Below, one piece after another: positions 42,321-55,900 of a DNA stretch of 64,000 nucleotides; the first letter of the stretch is position 1; each line of letters opens with the position of its first letter. The notes beneath the pieces were generated by a model, which worked only from the letters and a program-made list of their open reading frames with translations, was not told where the DNA came from and made no database searches. The DNA lies in assembly GCF_028641065.1 (NCBI RefSeq), contig NC_073386.1:16864001-16928000 (forward strand), written 5' to 3'. The position numbers were made by a program, and so were the translations under genes. Origin of the DNA: Leucoraja erinacea (lineage: Eukaryota).

Positions 42321-43339
42321 AGCACGACAGTTCTCTCTCATCTGCTCTCTCGTCCCACTATAACCATTTCGAGCTGAATGAATTAAAACACATTTAAACG
42401 ATTACAATCCCAAATAGGTTTGAGCTCCCTAGTCTTTACTCTAAAACAGAGGCTTCATAGGCAATGGACAGAACGCATTTGGTGTTTTGTGGATACTGGA
42501 GCGTTTATAAAGCTGTAAGCTCAGTCGACTCAGTCGAAATCGTCACCCATTCCTTCTCACTAGAGATGCTGCCTGGCCCACTGAGTTACTACAGCATGTT
42601 GTGTATCTTCGGTTTAAACCAGCATCTGCAGTTCCTCCCTGCACCAATATCTGAGGAAGGATGCGCTGGCGCTGGCGCTGGAGAGGGTCCAGAGACGGTT
42701 TACGAGAACGATGCAGAAATGACTGGGTCAACATGTAACATATGGTCTGTACTCGTTGGAGTTTAGATGAATGGGGGCGGGCGGGAGGGAAGTCATTGAA
42801 ATGTACAGAATAGTGAAAGGCTTGGATAGAGTGGATGTAGATAGGATGTTTTCACTAGTTGGAGAGTCTAGGTCAAAACCTCACCATCAAATGATGTTGT
42901 TTTAGGAAGTACATGAGGAGGGATTTCTTTAGGCAGAGGTTGGTGAATTTGTGGAATTCTTTGCCACAAAAGTCTGTGGAGGCCAAGTCTGGATACTTTT
43001 AATAATAATAATAATAATAATCTTTATTTATATAGCACTTTTCAACAAAACCAGTATTTGAACCAAAGTGCTTTACAGAGATTGATTAAATTAATTGAAC
43101 AGATCAAATGCCAATATATCCATACAAAACAAAAAAGAGAAAAAAGGCAGAAATAGATAAATTCTTGATTAGTACAGGCGTCAGAGGTTATGGGGAGAAG
43201 GCAGGAGAATGGGATTGAGAGGGAGAGATAGATCAGCCATGATTGGATGGGGGAATAGACTCGATGGGCCGAATGGCCTAATTCAGCTCCTATCACTCAT
43301 GACCTTGTGAAAGACTACAAATCCCATGATGCTGCTTCT

Positions 43340-43500
43340 CGCCGCGCATGCGTAGATTCCTAATAGAGCGTAACTGGCCTGAACTGATTGGCTCCGCCTT
43401 GAGAAACGTCATTGAGCCCCTGAACCAATCAGAGTGGCGTTGGGCTGGGATGAGAGTGGGTTGAGAGCGGGGATCCCAGGACAGGAGAAGTCAGTGAGTA
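43340..43500 (+). promoter_or_regulatory. Probable promoter and non-coding first exon of the TMEM205-like gene, divergent from PIGB
   Basis: GCGCATGCG 43344-43352 (NRF-1-like), ATTGG 43387-43391, GC box 43392-43398, CCAAT 43425-43429, overlapping donors GTGAGTAAGT from 43494; matching acceptor tgtag| near 46061. Confidence 0.6.
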
Positions 43501-46105
43501 AGTCCTTACTCCCTCAAAAGCTTGATAAAATGCTTGTTTATGTGGCAAATGCAACTTTAATAACATATTCCTTGACCGAGTATTAGAAATTGCTAAAGCT
43601 TCCTCCCCCCCCGTTAAATGCAAGTGATTCACCCATACATATTTCATCTTAAAAATCTAAATTTTTAGATTTAGAGACAAAAAGCTACATCTGAAACAGT
43701 CTTTGAACGACGTATCTGTTAAGGGGGGATTGGAAATGTCCTTGTTTCGGAGAAAGTTAGTGAATGCAAACTTACTAGTTTTGTTAAAGTTTGTATTGTT
43801 TATTTTATGTGGGTCACAGATCTAACGTTGTACTTAAGCAGTCGCCGCGAAACATCGATCGGCCCCAGCAAACGTTTCAGACATTTCCTCCCCTGCACCC
43901 ATTAACTTCACCAAGATCATACTTAAAACTCAGCTCACCATAATTTCGAGTTGCCTGTCCAAAGTCTATTGACCAAGTCCAGACACTTTGTCTGCACATG
44001 GTCAATAGTCATCTAAGAACGAACGTAGTCAAATTCGAGAATGTTGCGTTCGTACTATTGGATCGCTTCCCATAATGAACACACCAGAATACACGATATT
44101 CTCAAGTCACTAGTCCAGCCCATTAACCAATGCCACACCACCTAATTAATTGTTGGTGTATAAAGCAAAATATGTGACAAAACCTGACCATGGAAGTTCC
44201 GGAATTCAATCCCTAAGAAATATGGTCTACCTTAAACTAAAAGTTGCAAGCACTTGTTAGACGATCAAAGTCCCAGCTGTAATTGTGACGATAGTTGTCA
44301 AAACAAATTCTTGTAACTGCATTTGTTCACTTAACTTCTCCCGAAGCTCTGAAGCCCACAGAATGAATACACAACTTTAAGCAGATGTTCACGAGGATAT
44401 ATGCAAGGAGAAAAAAATGATTTACCTACCATCTCTCAGTCAGGACTTTATATAATAATATATGTACTCCGCCACATTTTTGCACTGCTGCAAACTTCAT
44501 ATCCACTTTCGCTGGAAGCTCATACTGCCATCCAGTCAAGCACGACGGTCACATCATCCAGTGTACACCACACTCGGGGTATGTCTGATATGGGATGTTG
44601 GTGAATGGGGAATTGCGATAGCTGTTACTAATGTCACACTTGGGTGAGTACTTGTGGACTGCCAAGTGATAGAAAACGTCTCTAGATTTCTACCTCTGTC
44701 TCCTTTGCTGCTTACTTGGTGGTAAGTTATGTGTCTGTCCTCCAGTTGTGTAGCAGTCTATCTTAAATCTGGTCATGCACTCCACTGAATACTTTGGGTC
44801 TCCTCCTGAACAATACAGGGAAGTAATTCAGCATGCCAGTGGTTTGCTCTGTTGCATTTCGTATGGTAATGGGGTTGTCAACTGTGTATGAATTGTATAC
44901 CAGCGTTGTCATCATGTCATAGGTAAGTATCCCATGCTGGCTACTGGCTACCTTTTGAAATCCTATAATGCTCAGATGTAGCTTGTGCAGTGGACTACAA
45001 TGGAAAGAGGGCAATACCAACCTCTCAAGTTCCATGAGTTGATTATTTATGGTCAACCACACGCTATATGTTCAGGAGTGTTTCTTTTGAGTGCCAGCAC
45101 ATAAATGGTGTACCGTGCCCACAATGCTACATCTGTGATCAGAGACATTCTGCTCCACAGCAAAACCAGTAATTCTGGCAAAATCATGAGCCACCTCTGT
45201 CAACTGAACTCTAGTAACAGTGAATGAAATGTAGTTCCTGTGAATCCTGTCCTCCCTTTCGCAAGAGAACAGCAAACTAAATGTTGCAAACACCACTCTC
45301 CTATTGACTTTTGCAATGGTGCAAAGTACCAAACTGTTGTATAATCGCAGAAATCACTAATAACAAATAAATTTAGCAACAACTAACCAGCGACTAGTTA
45401 ATAATCCCTTCCAAAAATCCTGGTTGGTATCCTTTCTGCTGTGTTCATCTCAGAAGCTGGGAGGGTGCTATTCGATACACTGAAAGTACGATGACAGTAA
45501 TGGCATAAATTCAGCCTGGCATTTGCTACTTTGTTGACTGAATGTAAGCAAATGCTTTTGTTAATATGCTTTCTATTGTGATTTGTCCACACAAATGTGC
45601 TGAGTGCCATCTAACCGTTTTGAAATACAAGGGTTTCTATTTCTTTCCTTGTTGTGCCTTTGCAGGTTTAACAGAATCTAAAAAAAAATAAAATGGGTTA
45701 TCTCTGCATATAAATGCTCCTGTTTTATAACAGAAAGATTAGTTAATTGGACTGTAAAAAAGTAGGCTGGGTAACTGAAACGGGGGAAAAAAGCATTTGG
45801 GTTAGGGTGAATGGATGTTGTGGGTGGGATATGAACATGCCTATCTTACCTTGTGAGACTGAAAACCTGTCTCCAACCAATCTGAGAATCCAGCTAGAAT
45901 CCATTTCCTAATTCAGGTGGGATGCTAACAATAACGTAAGTGGCACAGCCACCACATCATATTTTGTATTCTGCTAACCATATATTGTTGGAGATCATCT
46001 TGCATGCAATTTGATTTTATTTCTCCATGGTCTTTCTCGTTTTTTTTTAAACTTGATGTAGGTTTTAATCTACCTTGCCTATTAATGTCATCTGTGCCAA
46101 TTGCC

Positions 46106-49100
46106 ATGGCTGCTGAGGGAGAGACCACAACACTTGCAAAACTTCTGCAGCTGATTTTCCTGTCCACATTCTGGGGGATGCAGATATGGGTGACATTTAT
46201 ATCCGGTAGGTGTCTTTCCTCTTTGCTGCACCAATTCCTTTTGAGAATTGTGACTTGTTTCAGGTAGAGCCCCAACAATGGACAAAGTTTTGCTGGAATT
46301 AGCCAATAGTACTGTGGAAGACCTTCACAAGAGGGACTCCAGTAGTTTAAGAAAGCAGCTTGTCCTTCTCAGGGACTTTTTAAAAATTAATTTCAGAATC
46401 AGGGCTTTACTGACCAGACCACAATTTATTGCTCATGGCGAGCTATCCATGAAGATTCTTTGATTAGCTGCTTTTTCAAAAAATACTGCAATCATTCTGC
46501 TGAAGGTATTTCCACTGTGCTTTTGGGTAAGGATTTCCAGGATTTAGACCAATATCAAAAAAACAGCAACATAAGTGAGCAGGGTGAGTAACAGTGTCAG
46601 GATGTTGGTGTTCTTATTTATTGGCTGCCTTATTCAGCTTGGCGCAGGGTGCTGTCAAAATAGCCAAAGTGAATAATTGCAATATATTTTGTAGCCAGTA
46701 TAGACTGCAAACCAACTTTCTCCAGCATCTTTGTCTATCTTTGATGTTCCCAGTATCTGCAGTTCTTTCTTACACACCACTGTATTCCAATCAATGTTTA
46801 GGGTTAATAGGGTAGCAATCAAGTGTATTGCTTTGATTTGAATGGTGCTGAGGTTATGAAGTGTTACACTAAGTCCTAGAGGAACATCTTGGTTCCTGGT
46901 TGATTTAATTAACTTTACTACTACTACCCTGCTCTCAATTCACTTGTACTATCTCTGACGCCTCTGTACCCTTTTCTGATCTCTCTATCTCCATCACAGG
47001 GAACAGGTTATCGATTAGCATCTACTACAAATCCACGGACATCCACAGTTCCTGCCTTCTCCTCATACCCTTTGACTCAGCTAGCCCTAAGAGCTAATTA
47101 TCTAGACTACACCTCCTCACACCCTGCCTCTTGCAAAGACGCCATCCCGTACCCTCAATTTCTCTATCCCCACGTCTGCTCCCAAGATTAGACTTTTCAT
47201 TCTAGTACGTCAGATATTCTTTTTTTTTTAGTAATAGTCCACTCCTTCCACCCCCCGCTGTCATAGATGGATCCCTCACATACATCACCTCAGTGTTCTG
47301 AAGTTCTGCTCTCACTCCCCCCAGATGGAACAAGGATAGTTCACCTGGTCTTCACCTTTCACCTCATCAGCTTCTGCATCCATCACATCATTACCTGCCA
47401 ACTCCAACAATATCCCACCACCAGTCACATCTTCCCATCCACATCCCTTTCCGCCTTCCACACAGACCACCCCCTCCACATCTCCTTGGTTCACTAATTC
47501 ATTTCCACCCAAACCACCCCTTCAGTTATTTATCCCAGCAACTGCAGGAGATGCAACATCTGTCCCTATAGCTTCTCCCCCACATCAATCCGGGGACCCG
47601 AGCAGTCCTTCAGAAGTTCACATGCACCTCCTCGAAGCTCATCTACTGCATTCTCAATGTTGCCTCCTTTACATCAGTGAGACTAAGCGTAGGGTCAGTG
47701 ACTGCTTCACCGAACTCTTGTGCTTGGTCCACCAAGGCCTACCGGATCTCTCGGTTGCTAACTATTTAAAGTCCTCCTCCCATTCCCATACTGATCTTTC
47801 TGTCCTGGGCCTCCTCCATTGCTCGTGAAGCCACACGCAGCCTGGAGAAGCAACACCTCATATTCCACTTTGGTAACCTACAACCCAATGGCATGAGCAT
47901 TAAATTCTCCAGCTAACCACTCCTCTCCCCTCCCCTGTGCCCCATTTTGACGTGCATCAATTTCTCCCCAACCCCCCCCCCCCCCCCCTACTCAACCAAC
48001 ATTCCTTCCTCTATTCACAACTTGCAATACCAATCCTCATCCTGCACCTTTTGTCTTTTCATCTCTGGCCTTTGTCAAATCATCTGCCTATAAAACCCCA
48101 CCTCCTCCCCTTGCATTACCTATCACTTCCCAGGCTTTGTCCTGCCCCCTTCTCTTCCAGCTTTCCTCTCCCCCACTACAATCAGTCTGAAGGGTCCCGT
48201 CACGAAACACCATCTATCCATGTTCGCCAGAGATGCTTCTTGATTAGTATGGGTGTTAGATGTTATGGGGAGAAGGCAGGAGAATGGGGTTAAGAGGGGA
48301 AAGATAGATCGGCCATGATTGAATGGCGAAGTAGACTTGATGGGCCAAATTCTGCTCCTATCACTTATGAACGTATGCTGCCTGACCCGCCAAGGTACTT
48401 GATTTTTTTCAATGTAAGCATTGAAGGTTATTCATGGGTAATTGCATTTATCTTCTTCACTACCGCACTTACAATGAAAATAGCATAAGACATCATTTTT
48501 CTGACTAGTTGGTGATGATGGGTTGGGGCGGTGTGGTGATAGTGGGGGGATGGGGAGGTATGGCAGTGGGGGGCTGTAGGGTCTCCCTTTACTATTAGAA
48601 GCAACTGTCCATTTCTCCTCAGTTAATATCATTGTTCCATTCTGCAGGTTTTATCATGGGCAGCAATCTCACCAGACACACGTTTGGCTTCATCCAGAGC
48701 AAACTCTTTCCATCCTACTTTCACCTAGGGTGTGCCTGCGCATTCTTTAACTTAATCATCTTTGCGCTGCATCATCCCAGTGAACGGTTAAACGAAGAGG
48801 AGACATTTCAGGTACCATGCACAGTACTGATCAACTGCATAAGTGATTTGTAATGAATATGTAATGAATGCAAAGATGGGTAGCATTGGGAATGATGTCC
48901 ATAGAAGTCTCTTTTCAATTGCTCATTCCATTTTTTTTCATTGTGAGTTTGAATCGTGCACAAGGTCTGTATGTAACTTCACGTTCTGCAACTTTGAACC
49001 AAATGCGAGTGGTGCAGGGGTGCAGCTCATTTTCCTTGCCTATGTGGTCAATCGACCGATTGACCAAATAGTGCCAGCACAACAACCTGGCTCTCAACAT

Positions 49101-50793
49101 CAGTAAAACCAAGGAACTGATTGTGGACTTTGGAAGGGGAAGGATGAGGACCTACAATCCTGTTTATATCAATGGAACGATGGTGGAGAGGGTCAAAAAC
49201 TTCAAGTTCCTGGGCATGCATATTTCCAAAGATCTTTCCTGGACCCAGCACACTGATGCAATTATAAAGAATGCACATCAGCGGCTCTACTTCCTGAGAA
49301 GATTATGGAGATTCGGCATGTCAAAGAGAATTCTCCTGAACTTCTACAGGTGCACAGTAGAGAGCATACTGACTGATTGCACCGTGGCCTGGTTCGGCAA
49401 CTTGAACGTCCAGGAGCAGAGAAGACTGCAAAAAGGTGTGACCACTGCCCAGTCCATAACCGACTTTGACCTCCCCACCATCGAAGGGATCTATTGAAGT
49501 CACTGCTTCAAAAAGGCAGCCAACATCATCAAAGACCCACACCATCCTGGCCACACACTCATTTCACCATTGCTATCGGGAAGAAGATACAGAAGCCTGA
49601 AAACTGTAACATTCAGGTTCAGGAACAGCTTCTTCCCTTCAGCCATCAGGCTATTAAACACAACAAATAAGCTCTGAAATGCAACAGACTATCATTATTA
49701 TTGCACTGTATTTGTTATTTATTGAGATTGAGTATGTGTGCATGTATATATACACACATTGAACTTTTTTTTCTTCTCCTGTTATGTACTATGTTTACAT
49801 ATTCTGTTGTGCTGCAGCAAGCAAGAATTCCATTGTCCTATCTGGGACATATGACAATAAAACAGTCTTGTCTCTGGAGTCCTGAGATGATCTCCATTAC
49901 AGCCAATTGTTTTACTGCGGTTGAAATGCACTCTGGTATCTGATTTTATTTCAGACATTGAGTTGGGAAGTTCAAGTTCATATTAGAAGGTTTCTATTAT
50001 ATTTCTTGACTGGACACAAGCACTTATTTACTGTCAATTTCTGGAATGCCCACTTCTGTCCATTATTGGAGGGCGAGGGAAGTGTATGCAAGCCTGTCAT
50101 TCTATCCAGAGCATCTTTAACACTCTCTTTTAAAACAAATAGTGGAGTGCTTTGTTATTATGTAGACTGCAGTAATCATGTTGAAGAATGTAAATTGTTA
50201 AATTATGTCTGCTCACTTGCAGATGCCTGTTATGGCACCTTATCTATGCATAACAAGCTATGCAGATATGTGTTATATTCTCAGTCTATTTTGAAGAGGA
50301 TTTAATATCGTAAGTAGTAGTTGTTAGGGGGCTTTTTTTGTGGTCAAATATGCAATGTTATCCATCTGTGAGATGTCTGTGCTCTTTGTAACCCACAATA
50401 GATATTACCCTTCATTAAATTGACAGCAGAGTAGGAATCGACTTTAGTCAGAGGTACTGATTCATACTGTTTATGCCATTTTTTTTACAGATTGTAATTT
50501 TGTTCATTTGTGTGGCTTTTGCTGCACTCAACGCTCAATGGTTTGGGCAGATAACCTCTGAAATCATGGCCGACATGCATCTGATTGAAAAGAGTTGTGG
50601 GCTTGGTCAGGACATCGGAATATCAACCAACAGAGAGGCCTACAACCAGCTGAAAGAGAGCAACCCCAAATACAAGGCGTTTTCTAACCAACTTGCACTG
50701 TATCACAATGTCTCCTCTTCATGTAATCTGTGTTGTCTTATTTGTAATGGGATAAGTTTGTACTACATGGCAGCCAATTTATCCAGATTATAA
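46106..50793 (+). CDS. TMEM205: Transmembrane protein 205-family (TMEM205-like) protein, 3 coding exons, 188 aa
   Basis: Exons 46106-46205 (MAAEGETTT...FWGMQIWVTFISG), 48648-48811 (FIMGSNLTRHTFGFIQSKLFPSYF...FQ), 50491-50793 (ALNAQWFG...GLGQDIG...YHNVSSSCNLCCLICNG...*). GT-AG introns with phases 1 and 0; AATAAA near 50964. May be a paralog rather than the strict TMEM205 ortholog. Confidence 0.88.
46900..48250 (+). mobile_element. Penelope-like element remnant (RT thumb and GIY-YIG, degenerate)
   Basis: YYKSTD..., CKDAIPYPQF-like and YISETKRRVSDCFTE...DLSVLGLLHC pieces, then the terminal repeat. Boundaries approximate. Confidence 0.78.
49040..49870 (+). mobile_element. Rex1/Babar-clade LINE 3' fragment in TMEM205-like intron 2
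   Basis: NNLALNISKTKELIVDFG...VERVKNFKFLG...AHQRLYFLRRL...FYRCTVESILT; 3' UTR ending tgacaataaaacagtcttgtctc. Confidence 0.88.
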
Positions 50794-52981
50794 AAATGGT
50801 AAGAGTAAAATACCCAAAGGAATGGTGGCACATATGGAGAAGTTTTATTTTTAAACCTGAACTTGAAATGTAAATCACTGCCTTGTTGACTGGGGGACAG
50901 CAAACCAAATGGATCTCTCCACCATTATTGTTTTAAGTATCAACAGCACAACTACAGCATGTAAATAAAGAAGTGAATCCAAAATCTTTGAACTCAGAAT
51001 ATTTTATTGCATTACTTAGGCCAGCTGGGATCATTGAGGTAGTTCTTCTGGCCAGCTCTGTCTTTGTTGCTTGCCAGGGTAATGTGTCATGATGGGTATG
51101 CATGGGGTCTTTCATTCCCTTCCCCACAATTTAGAAACATAGAAAATAGGTGCAGGAGTAGGCCATTCGGCCCTTCGAGCCTGCACTGCCATTCAATATG
51201 ATCATGGCTGATCATCCAACTCAGTATTCTGTACCTGCCTTCTCTCCATACCCCCTGATCCCTTTAGCCACAAGGGCCACATCTAACTCCCTCTTAAATA
51301 TAGCCAATGAACTGGCCTCAACTACCTTCTGTGGCAGAGTTTAATGGCAGTAAGCAAACAGTGATAAATCCATCTGGGCCTCGGCAGAGTGTGGACATAT
51401 TTATTGTCATATGCGCAGGTGCCTTAAAATTCCCATCACTGCACCAGGACATTACCATAAAGTGTTGTAATTTTGTCAGTGTATGCTGATGACTGAGATG
51501 TATAACTTCTGAACTGTTCTAATATGAAGTTCAGTATCAACCTGAATCGTTAACATGTGTAGGAAGCAACTGCAGATGCTGGCTTATACCAAAGATAGAT
51601 ACAAAATTCTGGAGTAACTCATTTGGTCTCTGGAGAAAAGGGATAGGTGACGTTTTGGGTCAGAACCCTTCTTCAGTATCCTTCTCCTAATTGGTTAACA
51701 TGGTGATTTTCTCTCTAGCTAATGTTTGACCTCATGCCTATTTCCATCTGCAGTATGTTATTTTTGTAATCAAATAATGGTAATTTAAGGTTGATTAAAA
51801 AAAAAACACAAAGATTTTATGCCCCTTGGCAGTACTGGTGACGAAGAAATGTATTTCTCTTCCTCACTCCCATCCCAAAAGAGGGCAGTGCATGTTTTTC
51901 CACACCATGGGAAGAGAAGGGGGAAGGGTATGGTAGGCAAAATAAATATCTCTCATAGGCTGAGGCCACAGTAGATACGATGATGAACTATAGAGATTGC
52001 CTGGTTCAGGGACAGCGAGTGAATATACAAACAAATGAGAGTAAAAATCTAAAATGCAGGGCTGGGCATCATGCCGACATCCTGTGTTGATGTAATCAAA
52101 AAACGGAGCCATGTCATAGATGGATGACTTGCAACAGGAGTGGAACAGACAGAACACATTGGCTTTCATCATAGAATTTTAAATTCATTGCATTTAGCAT
52201 GATTATACCCAGATGGAAGAAAGAGGTACTGCTCCTCAAAAATGTATTAGGCATTGTGTAAACGCATTTCCAACTTTCTCAGTCACACGGTACAGACACA
52301 AATCCTTCGTCCCAATCCATCCATGCTGACTAAGATGCCTCATCTAAGCTAGTCCTATTTGCCTGCATTTGGCCCCTACCCCTCTAGACCTTTCCTATAC
52401 GTGTACCTGCCCAAGTTTCTTTTACCCTTTTGGGTTCATGTTTCAGCTACAGCCAGTGTACATCCCACAGATTTAATGCTCGTTTTCTTCTCTGCAACTG
52501 AACCAATTAATTTCTCAACAACAGTGCAAACATGAGAATTGCTTTGGTAATTTCATTCAGACATCTCCATTGTTCTGTTCATCCCTCTCCAGCCTCTAAG
52601 TTGCTTTCTCACTTTTGCTGTTATGATCTCAAAGTTAAATTCTCACTCACCTCATATGCTGGCTGACCTCAGTAGCTCCAGCCATCTTACTTCAGGTTTC
52701 CAGTATCTACACTATGATTTCCAAGTTATTGTTGAGAGAAATGTCCATGGTGCTTGTCATAGAATCAGCTGGATATTAAAAGGCTCAACACCTTATAACT
52801 TAAAACCAACATTTACAACATTTTTAGAATGATAAAAGATAGCATTGGAGTTGCAGTCAGATCCTTTCCCCAACACTCTCCTGCCCTCTTGCCCACAACA
52901 ACAACAAAAAAAGTCATTTTTGTTCAGCTTCCAGAAGTCAGTTACTGGTATTGATTGGATTCAAATACAAATATAGACATT

Positions 52982-55900
52982 TTAATTTTCTTGAAGATTT
53001 TTTCCTGATAAAAATTCTTTACAGAACGATGAACCTCTGACCAGAATTATGATTCTTGGATTGCCAGCCTTCACAACGTATCTAGAGACAAAGATTCAGA
53101 GAAGTTTGGAACAGAAGAATCAACATTTAAAGCACAAAGTCTTAGCAGATATTTGCACCTGTGGTATTTTGAGTGCCATAGAAGACATTGGTAAATATGG
53201 TAAATATACAATCCAGCTCAGGTTTGACTGGGGAGTATGCCGCTCAGACATTTTGTGTACTACCATCCATTTAGCTTGAATAATCCCTACAGTTCAGAAT
53301 GGTGTTCATGAAATTTTAGAGCAAAATTCAAAGCAGTCCAAAGTCCAATGCCTAAAGACTGCTTTTAATAACTAATGTCTAATAGATTAAAACGATAAGT
53401 CTGATAGGCCACACAACTGCCTAACTTTCATAAATTTGTAACGCTCCCCGCTAGAAAAGTCACTCCTGACTTGCACAAGAGTTACGTCCCGTGTTTAAGT
53501 CAGATGTTGCGCAAGTCGGAGACGGAAAAGCTACTGCGCACGGGTTAATTTTACTATTCGACACGGAGGCCATGTGGGTGCATCCACAAAAACAGCTGAC
53601 TGGCTAGCGGAAGTGGCCACATGCGGGAGCAGTAGCGCACTGCTACCAAGACTACCGGCACGAGCAACTTAACCATATAACAATTACAGCACGGAAACAG
53701 GCCATCTCGGCCCTACAAGTCCGTGCCGAACAACTTTTTTTACCTTAGTCCCACCTGCCTGCACTCATACCATAACCCTCCATTCCTTTCTCATCCATAT
53801 GCCTATCCAATTTATTTTTAAATGATACTAACGAACCTGCCTCCACCACTTCCACTGGAAGCTCATTCCACACCGCTACCACTCTCTGAGTAAAGAGGTT
53901 CCCCCTCATGTTACCCCTAAACTTCTGTCCCTTAATTCTGAAGTCATGTCCTTTTGTTTGAATCTTCCCTATTCTCAAAGGGAAAAGCCTGTCCACTTGG
54001 AAATAAAGAATCGCTTACGCGACTGAGTTAACATAAATTGCTTACTACCCAAGATGGGGAGTGCCTATATTCAATTACTTTAAAGGTGGCACAAGGATAC
54101 TTCATACAAAATATTACCAACAAAAGATGCAGCATGAATTGAAGGCAGGTATCTGGCTAGAAGGTACGTTCTGCTCACCTGGGGTGACTCAACACCTGCC
54201 GCAGGGAACACACTGGGTCCACCAGGAAAAGATCCCCCATCTGCTCATCTTCAAAGTACAGCTGTGGCCACAAATATTCCAAGTACCACATTAATAAAGT
54301 AGCTTCAGTTATATTTCAATATTACCAAAGACATTTAAGATAATTTGCGCATTCCTTGATTATTACAACAATGAATTTGTTTACAGATTTTGCAACAGAT
54401 AAAGCGTTCCTTCCTGCATCTTACAATGGTCTACCTACAAGCACTTGTATGCCCGATTGTCTTGCTGTTCAATAACTTTTGGCACTTGTTGAACTGATTT
54501 CTGTGTAACAGGATCATTACTATTGGATTTTGATATATAAAGACTATTGTGTGTGAAAATATTCAGCATGTAGTTAGCTGTCCAAATAAACACGTACTAC
54601 AGGTTTTGTTCTTATTCTCCGTCAAACTCATTCCTATAATAAAACCAACAGTAAATGAAAACCACACAAGAATAAAAACCTAAAAGGAATGGTTACAAAT
54701 GCATGTTCTGAGGCAGTATTCACAGAGATATGAATTAATTAATTTTGCCTCTTCAACCGTAATCATTTATATTTCCTATTCTAGACTGCTTTTTTTTTTA
54801 AGCACACAATGATTTCAAACAGATATTATGACAATACGTGTCTAGAACCGATTTTCCAGCAACTGGTGGTCCGGCATCTCCTTTAATCCGGACAAAATTA
54901 CGAGAGCATACTTCCCCCAAGAATTTTCAGGTCCCCCCAAAAATGTGGACCCTAGGCAAAGTGAGACGGCTGATCTCGACCTCATCGGGACCTCCGTCTG
55001 ATCAGCGGGTCGAAATTGCCACCTGCAGCCGGGTGTCTGGAATTCCTGCCCAGCTAAAGTTGGCAGATCCGTTCCCTTGGCTGAGGCTAACTTTGCGGGC
55101 AGATACCTCAGCTGCCTAGGCAGACAGTTCCGGTACCGTTAGTCTCCTCTCGGAAGCCGTGACCCCAGTTATCCGGCAAAACAGATCATCTAGAAAAGCT
55201 CTAGTACCAAGGATGGCAGAAAATCACTGGTAGACCTGTACTGGGAGCTCCACAGGGGACCAGAATGTATTTAATTATAGGTGTTTATGAAATGGATTGC
55301 AGTTCATCTAAAATAAAAGGGTCTCCTTCCTAAATTCAGCATTATATTTAAAAATATATAGATTAAAAGCTATCCAAACAAGAAAATCAAAAGTCCAAAT
55401 TAGCTTTTTTTTTAAAAATATGGTCACAATCTACTTAGAACGTTTTTTACTCTCTTATCTGGACAATGTAATTTAAGTCATACCTCCAAATTGGCTGGCT
55501 TATATTTTTTTTCTGTATCCCATGGGGGTAATTGCTCACCAAACATTTCTGATAAATGATCAATAAACCTGAAATGGAAACAGCCAATGTTAGTTCTGCA
55601 TAAAGCATAAAAATTCACCCTCTAACATGTCATAAAAATACATTTATGTCCACATAGAAGGTGCTCAATGACATGATTAGTCAGTACACACCAAGTCCAC
55701 GCATACCAGCGGTCCCTGCACTCTAGCACTATTCTATGCACAATAGGGACACTTTACAATTTTACCAAGCCAATTAGCCTACACATCTGTACGTCTTTAG
55801 AGTGTTGGAGAGAACCAGAGCACCTGGACAAAACCCACAAAGGTCACTGGGAGAATGTACAAACTCATACAGAAGCACCTGTAGTCAGGATCAAAACCAG

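Noticed and set aside
43736-43825. 29-aa hydrophobic ORF MSLFRRKLVNANLLVLLKFVLFILCGSQI opposite PIGB, superficially like PIGBOS1
   Set aside because: Too short and lacks the GG-x-Y-I-x-x-P segment I recall for PIGBOS1; probably chance.
53406-54067. Possible AT-flanked AGGC...GCCT MITE around the CR1 fragment
   Set aside because: TIR match is only a few bases and the 2-bp TSD could be chance.
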